From the NCBI GenBank assembly GCA_025363695.1, contig JANYDI010000058.1, forward strand, positions 1-43,091: a stretch of 43,091 bases of DNA. Direction: 5' to 3'. The first letter of the stretch is position 1; every line of letters begins with the position of its first letter. Positions 7,608-15,045 of the stretch are shown one piece after another. Both the position numbers and the translations under genes were made by a program. The notes under the pieces were generated by a model. It did no database searches and was not told where the DNA came from. It saw only the letters and a list, made by a program, of their open reading frames with translations. The DNA comes from Opitutia bacterium (GTDB lineage: Bacteria > Verrucomicrobiota > Verrucomicrobiia > Opitutales > JANYDI01).

Positions 7608-8699
7608 ATGAATAAACGCGTCACGATCAAAGACCTGGCCCAGGAAGTTGGATTAAGCCTTGGAGCCGTTTCTCAGGCCCTTAACCCTCGAGAAAGCACC
7701 ATTAAAGTACGCGAAGAAACAATACAGCGTGTCCAAGCTGCCGCCCGGAGAATGGGCTATAGGCCTCACGCAGGGGCTAGCTCGATTCGTTCCAAGCATT
7801 TCCAAAACATTGGGTACTTCATGGCCAGTACAGGCATTCCGGACTATGAACCTGTAGGCTATTCCATAGGACTCCATGATGCTGCGCTGGAACACAATTT
7901 TCGCGTCACCTTGATCCGCTTGCCTTCGGGCAAGTTCAAAAACGCCATCTCGCGCGTCTTCAGAGAAGCCCATCTAGACGCCATGGTCATGGTGAATGCC
8001 TCCATCCTTTTTTCGGAATACAAGGACATTCTCCAAACTTCAGATTTTCCAGTCATTTATTTAAACGATAAACAGGATAATAACTCTGTCTACACCGATG
8101 ATATTTTGGGTGCCAAGCGTGCCACAGAACACTTGATCCAGCGCGGTCATCGCAGTATTTATTTTGTCAAAATCAATAATGCTCCTGTAGTAGACCTACA
8201 TTACAGCATTGCCGATCGCATCCAGGGCTACACAGAAGCCATGCATACCGCAAAGCTCAAACCCGTCATCAAAGCCTACACCTACCCGCAACAAGAAGGC
8301 CCCTTGCTTGATGAGCTTTTTGGTCGCGATAAGCCTGAGGCCATTTTAGCTTATTGCGATGCGGATGCCGCCCAGCTCCTAAAGTTTGCTTATCACCAAG
8401 GCCTTCATGCCCCTGAAGACATCGCCATTATGGGCTATAACGACGATATCTTTTCACGCCACTGCTGGGTCACCCTGTCAACCATGCACATCCCCACCTA
8501 CGATATGGCCCAGGCTGCCTTCCGCATGGTTTTAGCTCAAATTGATGAAAATAGCAACGGCCCTACCGACTCCTGCGTCTTTGTCCCAGAACTCATCGTC
8601 CGCGCTTCTACGGAAAGGGAAAAGGAAACGGAAAAGGAGAAGGAAAGGGCCAAGGGGAGCGAGCTCCCCTTGGATCCCCTACAGGTAGCGATTTTGTGA
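7608..8699 (+). CDS. LacI/GalR family transcriptional regulator
   Basis: N-terminal HTH (VTIKDLAQEVGLSLGAVSQALN) plus a periplasmic-binding-protein-like sugar-binding core. The last ~30 aa (EREKETEKEKERAKGSELPLDPLQVAIL) are translated from a purine-rich tract and a type-1 repeat. Confidence 0.85.
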   Translation: MNKRVTIKDLAQEVGLSLGAVSQALNPRESTIKVREETIQRVQAAARRMGYRPHAGASSIRSKHFQNIGYFMASTGIPDYEPVGYSIGLHDAALEHNFRVTLIRLPSGKFKNAISRVFREAHLDAMVMVNASILFSEYKDILQTSDFPVIYLNDKQDNNSVYTDDILGAKRATEHLIQRGHRSIYFVKINNAPVVDLHYSIADRIQGYTEAMHTAKLKPVIKAYTYPQQEGPLLDELFGRDKPEAILAYCDADAAQLLKFAYHQGLHAPEDIAIMGYNDDIFSRHCWVTLSTMHIPTYDMAQAAFRMVLAQIDENSNGPTDSCVFVPELIVRASTEREKETEKEKERAKGSELPLDPLQVAIL

Positions 8700-8771
8700 A
8701 ATACTGCGTATTTCAACAAAATCGCTACCTGGGTAGGCATACAAGGCCACCCTCCGGATCGCGAAGCGATC
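8644..8771 (+). repeat. Type-1 element, half copy (overlaps the lacI-family 3' end)
   Basis: H1 8652-8671, H2 8682-8731, H3 8757-8771. Preceded by a GGAAA-rich tract at 8612-8643. Confidence 0.9.
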
Positions 8772-8803
8772 GAACTTAGAAAATTTAAGCATTTATCAAG
8801 CTG

Positions 8804-9019
8804 CACATAAGGAGGCCTGAAGGGCCGGCAGATCGTAGCCCAGGGCGTAAGCCCTGGGTCCGGGATGGAAAATAAACCGGAGCCCTGTAAGGGCGGCACT
8901 AAAAATTTGAATAGGAGTGTCGCCCCTGTAGGGCTCAAAATCTTTTTTTACCGTAAACCCAGGGCTTACGCCCTGGGCTGTCATCTGCCGGCCCTTCAGG
9001 CCTCCTTAAGTGTGGTTTG
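8804..9019. mobile_element. Foldback MITE core, CACATAAGGAGGCC-arm subtype
   Basis: ~58-bp arms (CACATAAGGAGGCCTGAAGGGCCGGCAGAT.GTAGCCCAGGGCGTAAGCCCTGGG and its complement) around an inner hairpin GAGCCCTGTAAGGGCGGCAC...GTGTCGCCCCTGTAGGGCTC. Confidence 0.85.
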
Positions 9020-9090
9020 TTGTTATACAAAAAATACAATACGATCATTTTGGTGTGATTGCCCCTTGGCCGCCGAAGCCTTTAGGCGTA

Positions 9091-9138
9091 GGCTGGCTGA
9101 CAAGCATTCGCCCCTTCAGGGCTCTCATTTTGTGGTTT
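9091..9138. repeat. Solo arm of the ACAAAATGAGAGCCC-arm foldback subtype, preceded by a ~30-nt GCCGCCGAAGCC mini-hairpin module
   Basis: GGCTGACAAGCATTCGCCCCTTCAGGGCTCTCATTTTGTGGTTT equals the right arm of the element at 37471-37828. The mini-hairpin module is at 9062-9095. Confidence 0.7.
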
Positions 9139-9186
9139 GAATAAATAATTACATCGAATAGAATTCAACTCAAAGAGATTAAAGTC

Positions 9187-9319
9187 GATCCCTTCGGGAT
9201 CTGTGGGGCGCCTTAGTATATACTTCCCGATAGGCAATTTTACCAAAATGCGCTAGCATTTTGTAAAATTGCCTATCGGAAAGGGGATCCTAAGGGGAGC
9301 GAGCTCCCCTTGGCCCTTT
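9187..9319 (-). repeat. Type-1 element, half copy
   Basis: H3 9187-9201, H2 9227-9279, H1 9292-9311, followed by a pyrimidine-rich tail to 9355. Confidence 0.9.
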
Positions 9320-9355
9320 TCTTCCCCTTCCTTCCTTCTCGCTTCTCCTTTCCGT

Positions 9356-10042
9356 TTAACTCCGATTACGTGACAGCATGAGCATATAGAGGAGGTTGGC
9401 GAGCGTTGCGACAAAGGCTGCGACGTAGGTCCAGGCGGCGGCATCGAGGGTATCGACGACGCCCTTGAGTTCATCGCGATCGATAATCCCGAGGCCTACG
9501 AGCTGTTTTTTGGCGCGCCTGCTGGCGTCGAACTCGACAGGAAGCGTGACTAGTTGGAATACGGTGAGCACCGAATACACCAGGACGCCCAGTTTGACCA
9601 TGCCCATCATGCCAAAGAAGAAACCGCCGATCATAATCATAGGCAAGAGCCCCGAGGCAAACTGGGTGACGGGAATGAGCATCATGCGCAGCTGCAGGGC
9701 CTTGTAGCCGACTTTGTGCTGAATGGCATGACCGGCCTCGTGGGCAGCCACGCCTAGGGCGGCCAGGTTGGTACCGGAGTAATTTTCGCGGCTTAAACGC
9801 AAGCACCTACTGATCGGGTCATAGTGGTCTGAGAGGTGCCCGGGAATGGCTTCGATGCGCACATCGTCGATGCCATAGCTGCGCATAACGGCCATAGCGG
9901 CGTCGTGGCCGCTGAGGCCTCCTCGCGAAGGCACGCGCTTATATTTAGTGTAGGTCGACCCCACACGCATTTGCGCCCAAAGCCCCAGCACGAGTGGTAT
10001 AATAATAAGTACCATGTAAAGCATCATAATTCCCGCATTCAA
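9356..10042 (-). CDS. Membrane zinc metallopeptidase (YugP-like, Zn_peptidase_2 family)
   Basis: 228 aa with an N-terminal TM helix, a HEAGHAIQH zinc motif and C-terminal TM helices, the typical layout of this family. Confidence 0.8.
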   Translation of the reverse strand: MNAGIMMLYMVLIIIPLVLGLWAQMRVGSTYTKYKRVPSRGGLSGHDAAMAVMRSYGIDDVRIEAIPGHLSDHYDPISRCLRLSRENYSGTNLAALGVAAHEAGHAIQHKVGYKALQLRMMLIPVTQFASGLLPMIMIGGFFFGMMGMVKLGVLVYSVLTVFQLVTLPVEFDASRRAKKQLVGLGIIDRDELKGVVDTLDAAAWTYVAAFVATLANLLYMLMLSRNRS

Positions 10043-10083
10043 GCGCGTTCTTCCCCCGATGTCAACAGTATTTTATGAAATTT

Positions 10084-11085
10084 TTAATTAAAACAGGTTC
10101 TTAACAGCGCCTCCGTTTCCTGCCAACCCAAGCAAGCATCGGTGACGCACAGGCCGTAGGCCAGCTCGGAGCCATAGGGGGCTTGGTTGCCGCTATGCAA
10201 AAAGCTTTCGAGCATAAACCCGAGCACATGGGCGTTGGGGCGCTGCAGTTTACGCAGGACCTCGACTTGGGAGTGGGGGTCCTTGCCGCTGTTGCCATGG
10301 GCGCAATCTACGAGGACGCGTTTGGGCAAATGCAGCTCCTGCAGCGCTTTGGCAGCCTTTTGGAGTTGCTCGTTTGAGGCATTGGGCCCGTTGCGGCCTC
10401 CACGCAGAACCAAATGGCCATCGAGCTGTCCAAGCGTGCGTTGGATACAAGGCTGTCCTGTCGGGCTCAAGGACAGGAAGTGCTGCGGTTGTTTAGCAAC
10501 CAATAGGGCGTACAGAGCGCTTTGCAGCTCCCCTGAGGTACTGTTTTTAAACCCAACAGGCATGGGCAAACCAGAAGCCATGCAGCGATGCAGGGACGAC
10601 TGCACCGTACGCGCCCCCACGGCGCTCCAGCTGACAAGATCGGCCAGGTAGTGGGTTGTCAGCGGGTTAATAAATTCCGTAGCTACCGGCAGCCTGAGAG
10701 CCGCCAAGCGGCACAATAGCTGCCGTGCCAGTGCTAGGCCGTCATCGATTTGGTAACTATGATCCAGATACGGATCCGACAAAAGCCCTTGCCAACCGCT
10801 ATGCGTGCGTGGCTTTTCAAAGTAAGTACGCATCACCAAAAAAGCCCTTGGCTCCAGCTTGTCCGCCAAGGCCTTAAGGCGCAGAGCATAATCGTAAGCA
10901 GCCGCACAATCGTGGATAGAGCAGGGGCCCACGATGAGCAAGCGCCTGTCGTCTTGGCCATGAATCAGACGCTGGAGGGTGGCCCTCTGGGCGTCAATCC
11001 AGTAGACATCCTCCTGGCTTAAGGGATAACGCTGCCTGAGCGCTTGCGGCGTTACGAAGCTTTCTGTGTCGATTAAAGAGGTCAA
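10084..11085 (-). CDS. aroG: 3-deoxy-7-phosphoheptulonate (DAHP) synthase, class I (AroG/F/H type)
   Basis: Strong collinear similarity to E. coli AroG (LLIVGPCSIHD, YFEKPRT..GWQGL, GARTVQS, PVGFKNSTSG, LRGG, AHGNS, GFMLESFL..GNQ). It apparently starts at TTG 11085, overlapping the upstream stop (TTGA). Confidence 0.9.
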   Translation of the reverse strand: MTSLIDTESFVTPQALRQRYPLSQEDVYWIDAQRATLQRLIHGQDDRRLLIVGPCSIHDCAAAYDYALRLKALADKLEPRAFLVMRTYFEKPRTHSGWQGLLSDPYLDHSYQIDDGLALARQLLCRLAALRLPVATEFINPLTTHYLADLVSWSAVGARTVQSSLHRCMASGLPMPVGFKNSTSGELQSALYALLVAKQPQHFLSLSPTGQPCIQRTLGQLDGHLVLRGGRNGPNASNEQLQKAAKALQELHLPKRVLVDCAHGNSGKDPHSQVEVLRKLQRPNAHVLGFMLESFLHSGNQAPYGSELAYGLCVTDACLGWQETEALLRTCFN

Positions 11086-11408
11086 AGGTGAGGGTTTTTA
11101 AGCGTTTCTGGAGTCTGAGCGCCGGCAGCGCCGGTAGCCTCGGCTATACGATGGTACTGCCCGCTGGCCTTGTCCCGTATATATTTAGTGAAACCAGCTT
11201 TTTCAATGTTTTTTGTGCTCAATCGCGCTTGCGTGCTGCGTTCCGAGTACTGCGTCAGGATGCCAGGAGCCTCCTTATAATAGCGCTGCAGGGGCTGACC
11301 CGTTTCCGGATGATGACTCAAGGGCGCCAAAGCCATCGCATGTTCGATTTCGAAAGGTTCTGACACACCTTCAGCGTTAAGGCAAGTATAGAGATACGTT
11401 GGAGGCAT
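11082..11408 (-). CDS. Hypothetical protein, FmdB-family-like N-terminus lacking the zinc-ribbon cysteines
   Basis: 108-aa ORF with ATG at 11408. MPPTYLYTCLNAEGVSEPFEIEH resembles the MPIYEY.C..CG..FE start of FmdB-type zinc-ribbon proteins, but the CxxC pairs are absent. Its stop overlaps the aroG start. Confidence 0.5.
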   Translation of the reverse strand: MPPTYLYTCLNAEGVSEPFEIEHAMALAPLSHHPETGQPLQRYYKEAPGILTQYSERSTQARLSTKNIEKAGFTKYIRDKASGQYHRIAEATGAAGAQTPETLKNPHL

Positions 11409-11431
11409 TTTTTTTCTTAAAAATTTTGCTA

Positions 11432-11606
11432 GGGGTGTGAAGAATTAATAATATAACTATTTATTTAAAACCACAAAATGAGAGGCCTGAAGGGGCGAAT
11501 GCTTGTCAGCCCAGGGCTCTCATTTTGTGGTTTGTTTTTAAATAATTATTTATCAACCCTAACGGATCCCTTAAAACAGGTTTTAAACTTAATGGTTCAC
11601 GCACCC
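11432..11606. mobile_element. Foldback MITE with collapsed interior; TA on both flanks
   Basis: TA 11430-11431, left TIR GGGGTGTGAAGAATTAA, collapsed inner hairpin 11467-11533, right TIR ...GGTTCACGCACCC, TA 11607-11608. Confidence 0.8.
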
Positions 11607-11775
11607 TAAATTTTCTCTAAAAAAACTTTTTTCCGTTTTTTATTTTTTTGCCGTTTTTTGACTAAATTTTAAAAAAATTTTTTTCGATTTTCAAAAATTT
11701 TACACTTTTTTTCAAAAAAATGCAAGAAAACATCAAAAAACGCGATAAAAGTGCGTTTTAAAATGAATACACAAA

Positions 11776-11933
11776 ATCCCTTCGGAATCGAAATCAATGT
11801 ACCCCCGGATCGCTTCGCGATCTGTGGGGGGCTTAGTATCCCTCCCCGATAGCGATTTTTATAAAATGCTTTGCATTTTTAAAAATCGCTATCGGAGGGG
11901 ATCCTAAGGGGCGCAAGCGCCCCTTAGCCCTTA
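11776..11933 (-). repeat. Type-1 element, half copy plus remnant of a second H3
   Basis: H3 remnant 11776-11790, H3 11808-11822, H2 11846-11895, H1 11906-11925. Confidence 0.85.
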
Positions 11934-11961
11934 AACCTTAACCAACCATAATCAACCTACC

Positions 11962-13116
11962 ATGAAAACACCGATACGTAACCGTTTTAATCCGATAAAA
12001 AACCTTAACTTGCAAAATCTTGGGCAGTTGCTGGATGATTTTCACGCGGGCTACCTGCACCAGACTGCCCTTGTGTGGGAGGCTATCGAGCGCCGGGACG
12101 ACGTCCTGCAGGGGCTCGTGGCGAAGCGTAAAAAGTCCTTAGCGCGGCTGGACTGGGAAATCGTGTGCTTGGAGGACACGCCTGAGGCGCACGAGCACAA
12201 GGCGTGCTTGAACACGGCCTACCAGAACATCCATGTGGGTAATGCTTACGAGCAAAACGAACAAGGCGGCTTGCGCTTGATGTTGCATCAGATGATGGAT
12301 GCTGTGGGCAAGCGTTATGCGGTGCACAACTTGGTGGTTGAGAAAACCCGGGTTGAGGCGACCTTCGTCCCGCTTTGGTTTTTTGAAAACACCCATGGGC
12401 GCTTGCGCTACGCAGGGGATGACCCTGACAACAGCAGTCAAGCGCTTGAGCCTGGCCACTGGATCATTACTACTGGGGAAGGCCTGATGGAGTCCTCGTC
12501 GATCGCCTACTTGTTCAAGCACCTGCCGTTGCGGGATTGGCTGGTGTATTGCGAACGCAATGGCATGCCTGGCGTCAAAGGCGTTACGGATTTTGCTCCC
12601 GGCTCTCCTCAATGGGAAGCCGCCAAACAAGCTGTGGCGGATTTTGGGGCGGAATTCCATGCCCTCATGTCTCGCGGCACGGATATTGAGCCTATCGACC
12701 TATCCAGTAGCGCGCAATTGCCGTACCCGGCCCTTATTGATCGCATGGATCGCGCTATGATCGCCCTGTGGCGGGGTTCTGACCTGGGCACCTTGTCCCA
12801 CAAAGACGCCACGGGGGCCTCGCTCCAAGCCGATGAAACCGCCCTCATTCAGGAAACCGATGCTGCGCTCATCTCCGAAACCCTCAACCGTCAGCTGGAT
12901 CCCGTCATCCTCGAAAAGACCTTCGGGCCTCAAATCCCCAAAGCCCGCTTTCACTTAAAGCCTCGTGATTGCCGCGATCGCCTAGCCGATGCCCAGCTCT
13001 ACCAAGCCCTCCTCAACATGGGTCTAAACCTCTCACGCTCCGAAATCCTCAAGCGCTTCAGCCTCACCGAAGCCCAAGCCAAGGACACCCTAAGCGCCAA
13101 AAAGTATGAAAATTGA
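11962..13116 (+). CDS. Phage Mu gp29-like portal protein (DUF935 family), isolated and possibly C-terminally truncated
   Basis: 384 aa. LGQLLDDFHAGYL..ALVWEAIERRDDVLQGLVAKRKKSLARLDWEIV matches my memory of the conserved N-terminal DUF935 block. No other phage gene is adjacent. Confidence 0.6.
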   Translation: MKTPIRNRFNPIKNLNLQNLGQLLDDFHAGYLHQTALVWEAIERRDDVLQGLVAKRKKSLARLDWEIVCLEDTPEAHEHKACLNTAYQNIHVGNAYEQNEQGGLRLMLHQMMDAVGKRYAVHNLVVEKTRVEATFVPLWFFENTHGRLRYAGDDPDNSSQALEPGHWIITTGEGLMESSSIAYLFKHLPLRDWLVYCERNGMPGVKGVTDFAPGSPQWEAAKQAVADFGAEFHALMSRGTDIEPIDLSSSAQLPYPALIDRMDRAMIALWRGSDLGTLSHKDATGASLQADETALIQETDAALISETLNRQLDPVILEKTFGPQIPKARFHLKPRDCRDRLADAQLYQALLNMGLNLSRSEILKRFSLTEAQAKDTLSAKKYEN

Positions 13117-13131
13117 AGGGAAAGTAAAGGG

Positions 13132-13260
13132 AAGGGCTAAGGGGCGCTTGCGCCCCTTAGGATCCCCTACCGATAGGCGATTTTCAAAAATGCTAGCGCA
13201 TTTTATAAAAATCGCCTATCGGGAAGGTATACTAAGCCCCCTCCGGATCGCTTCGCGATC
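13132..13260 (+). repeat. Type-1 element, half copy
   Basis: H1 13139-13158, H2 13170-13222, H3 13246-13260. Preceded by GAAGGGAAAGTAAAGGGAAGGG. Confidence 0.9.
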
Positions 13261-13264
13261 GTCA

Positions 13265-13561
13265 AAACAAAATATGGTTATGTATTTATTCAAACCACAC
13301 ATAAGGAGGCCTGAAGGGCCGGCAGATACGTAGCCCAGGGCGTAAGCCCTGGGTTTATGGGTGAAAAAGATTTTGAGCCCTACAGGGGCGACACTCACAC
13401 TTTCTGAAATTTTCTTGAGTGCCGCCCTTACAGGGCTCTGGTCTATTTTCCATGCCAAACCCAGGGCTTACGCCCTGGGCTACGATCTGCCGGCCCTTCA
13501 GGCCTCCCATAGTGTGATTTGAATGAATGACTTAAGCTTAAACTAAAATGAGGACACGCCC
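13265..13561. mobile_element. Foldback MITE, CACATAAGGAGGCC-arm subtype (left TIR missing)
   Basis: Foldback core 13282-13521. Right linker and TIR ...GAGGACACGCCC end at 13561, followed by TA 13562-13563. Confidence 0.85.
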
Positions 13562-13563
13562 TA

Positions 13564-13767
13564 TTTAATCAAACCACACTTTGCCCCGTGGCCGCCGTAG
13601 CCACTTGGCGAAGGCTGGCTGGGTTTACGGGTAAAAAACAAACCAGAGCCCTACAGGGGCGATTCATTAAAATGTATCAAATTTATCTAGAAATTAAAAA
13701 TATGCCTTATATCAGCTTTAGAGAATCGCCCCTGTAGAGCTCTAGGCTCTGTGAAGGAAAATTTTTG
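13564..13767. mobile_element. Foldback MITE variant: GCCGCCG mini-hairpin module + AT-rich-core inverted repeat; right arm missing
   Basis: Mini-hairpin module ~13578-13612. Core inverted repeat GAGCCCTACAGGGGCGATTC ... GAGAATCGCCCCTGTAGAGCTC at 13646-13742. Confidence 0.75.
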
Positions 13768-13769
13768 TA

Positions 13770-14060
13770 ATGTGAACAATTAAGCTATCCAACAAACCAC
13801 ACATAAGGAGGCCTGAAAGGCCGGCAGATATGTAGCCCAGGGCGTAAGCCCTGGGTCTGTAGGTTAAAAAAGATTTAGAGCCCTACAGGGGCGACACTCA
13901 CACTTTCTGAAATTTTCTTAAGTGCCGCCCTTGCAGGGCTCAGGTTTATTTTCCAACCAAAACCCAGGGCTTACGCCCTGGGCTACATATCTGCCAGCCT
14001 TTCAGGCCTCCTTAAGTGCGTTTTAAATAAATAGTTATATTATTATTTGATCACAGCGCC
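13770..14060. mobile_element. Foldback MITE, CACATAAGGAGGCC-arm subtype, near full length; TA on both flanks
   Basis: TA 13768-13769, partial left TIR ATGTGAACAATTAA, foldback core ~13795-14018, right TIR TTATTTGATCACAGCGCC ending at 14060, TA 14061-14062. Confidence 0.85.
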
Positions 14061-14097
14061 TAATTTTTTATTTTTTTTAAAAAACTCAAAGAAAAAC

Positions 14098-14126
14098 TTG
14101 ACGCGCCCTATAGCTTTCTGTAAAAT
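14098..14126 (+). promoter_or_regulatory. Putative sigma70-type promoter of rplY-pth-rpsF-ssb-rplI
   Basis: TTGACG (14098-14103), 17-nt spacer, TAAAAT (14121-14126). It sits just downstream of an A/T-tract and a MITE end, ~120 nt upstream of the rplY ATG. Confidence 0.55.
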
Positions 14127-14245
14127 GTATAGACGAGGACGAGTTGCGGCCAGCCACAAAAACCTCCTCCCCCTTTTTGCCCCAAAGATTTTTGTTGCAT
14201 TTTGCCTAACGGGCATTATTGTCCGCCAAGAGAAGTAATTTTGAA

Positions 14246-14905
14246 ATGAAAAAGCTGACCTTAGCTGTAGTCAATAGAGATAAGTCTGGCAGTTGCTGGG
14301 CGAGACGTTTTAGGCGTGATGGCCGGATTCCTGCCGTGCTGTATGGCAAGTCTGGGAATCGTTTGCTCACGGTGAGTGAGGTCCAGTTCCTTCAACTCAA
14401 GAAGGAAATGGGCGGCCGTACGGCCCTTATCGAGGTGACGGATGAAAAGAACCATCGCATGCTGACCCTCATTCAGGGCATTCAGGCGCACACGCTTTCA
14501 CGCAAACTGCTGAATGTAGACTTTCATGAAGTGGATCCCAATGAGCCCGTGAACTTTACTTCCGTGGTGCACATCAAGGGTGACGCTCCTGGCGTACGCA
14601 GCGAAGGAGGCATGCTGGAAGTGCATGCCCATGAACTCCACGTGAAGGCGCTTCCGGAGTGCATTCCGGAGTTTTTGGAGGTTGACGTCAGTGCGCTCGT
14701 TCTGGGAGGCAGGATTTGCGTGCGAGACCTGCCTGCCATGAAGGGGGTAAGCATTGTCGGGGATCCCGATCAGGTGGTGGTTTCCTGTCAGGCTCCACGT
14801 GCAGGCGGAGGAGACACGGAAGCGAAAGCTGAAGCCGCTCCAGTTGTGGTAGCACCGACAGCGGCTCCGGCGAAGGCAGCCGGTCCGGCCAAGCCCAAGA
14901 GCTAA
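14246..14905 (+). CDS. rplY: 50S ribosomal protein L25 / general stress protein Ctc (long form)
   Basis: ATG at 14246 (MKKLTLAVVNRDKSGS..RRFRRDGRIPAVLYG). L25/Ctc N-domain plus beta-barrel domain, with an Ala/Pro/Lys-rich tail. Confidence 0.9.
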   Translation: MKKLTLAVVNRDKSGSCWARRFRRDGRIPAVLYGKSGNRLLTVSEVQFLQLKKEMGGRTALIEVTDEKNHRMLTLIQGIQAHTLSRKLLNVDFHEVDPNEPVNFTSVVHIKGDAPGVRSEGGMLEVHAHELHVKALPECIPEFLEVDVSALVLGGRICVRDLPAMKGVSIVGDPDQVVVSCQAPRAGGGDTEAKAEAAPVVVAPTAAPAKAAGPAKPKS

Positions 14906-14907
14906 AC

Positions 14908-15035
14908 GATCCCGAAGGGATCTGAGACGGCCTTAGTATGTCCTCCCAGGGTGCGATTTTATTAAAATGCATCGCATTTTATAAAATCGCACCCTGTAGG
15001 GGATCCTAAGGGGTGCCAGCACCCCTTAGCCCTTT
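14908..15035 (-). repeat. Type-1 element, half copy
   Basis: H3 14908-14922, H2 14948-14997, H1 15008-15027. Confidence 0.9.
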
Positions 15036-15045
15036 ATTCATCACT

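Noticed and set aside
8644-8771. Integron attC-like interpretation of the type-1 elements, which are imperfect bulged hairpins sitting at gene 3' ends.
   Set aside because: The adjacent genes are core housekeeping genes in both orientations, not promoterless unidirectional cassettes. There is no GTTRRRY core site and no intI gene. The elements also occur at 5' ends and as head-to-head doubles.
11609-11775. Chromosomal replication origin. The cues were the A/T-rich block here, dnaB at 17161 and a TATCCACA-like 8-mer at ~36353.
   Set aside because: I found no cluster of DnaA boxes and no dnaA/dnaN nearby. The single box-like 8-mer lies inside a coding region. dnaB position is not an origin marker.
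13132-14062. Possible CRISPR array in the repeat-dense blocks (also 37296-39117 and 42205-43091).
   Set aside because: The repeated units are inverted and nested rather than regularly spaced direct repeats. The intervening 'spacers' are themselves homologous between loci. No cas genes or leader are present.
11409-14245. Prophage or genomic island around the DUF935 portal-like gene.
   Set aside because: Only one phage-like ORF is present. There is no integrase, terminase, capsid, att repeats or adjacent tRNA. The flanks are generic repeat families found throughout the window.
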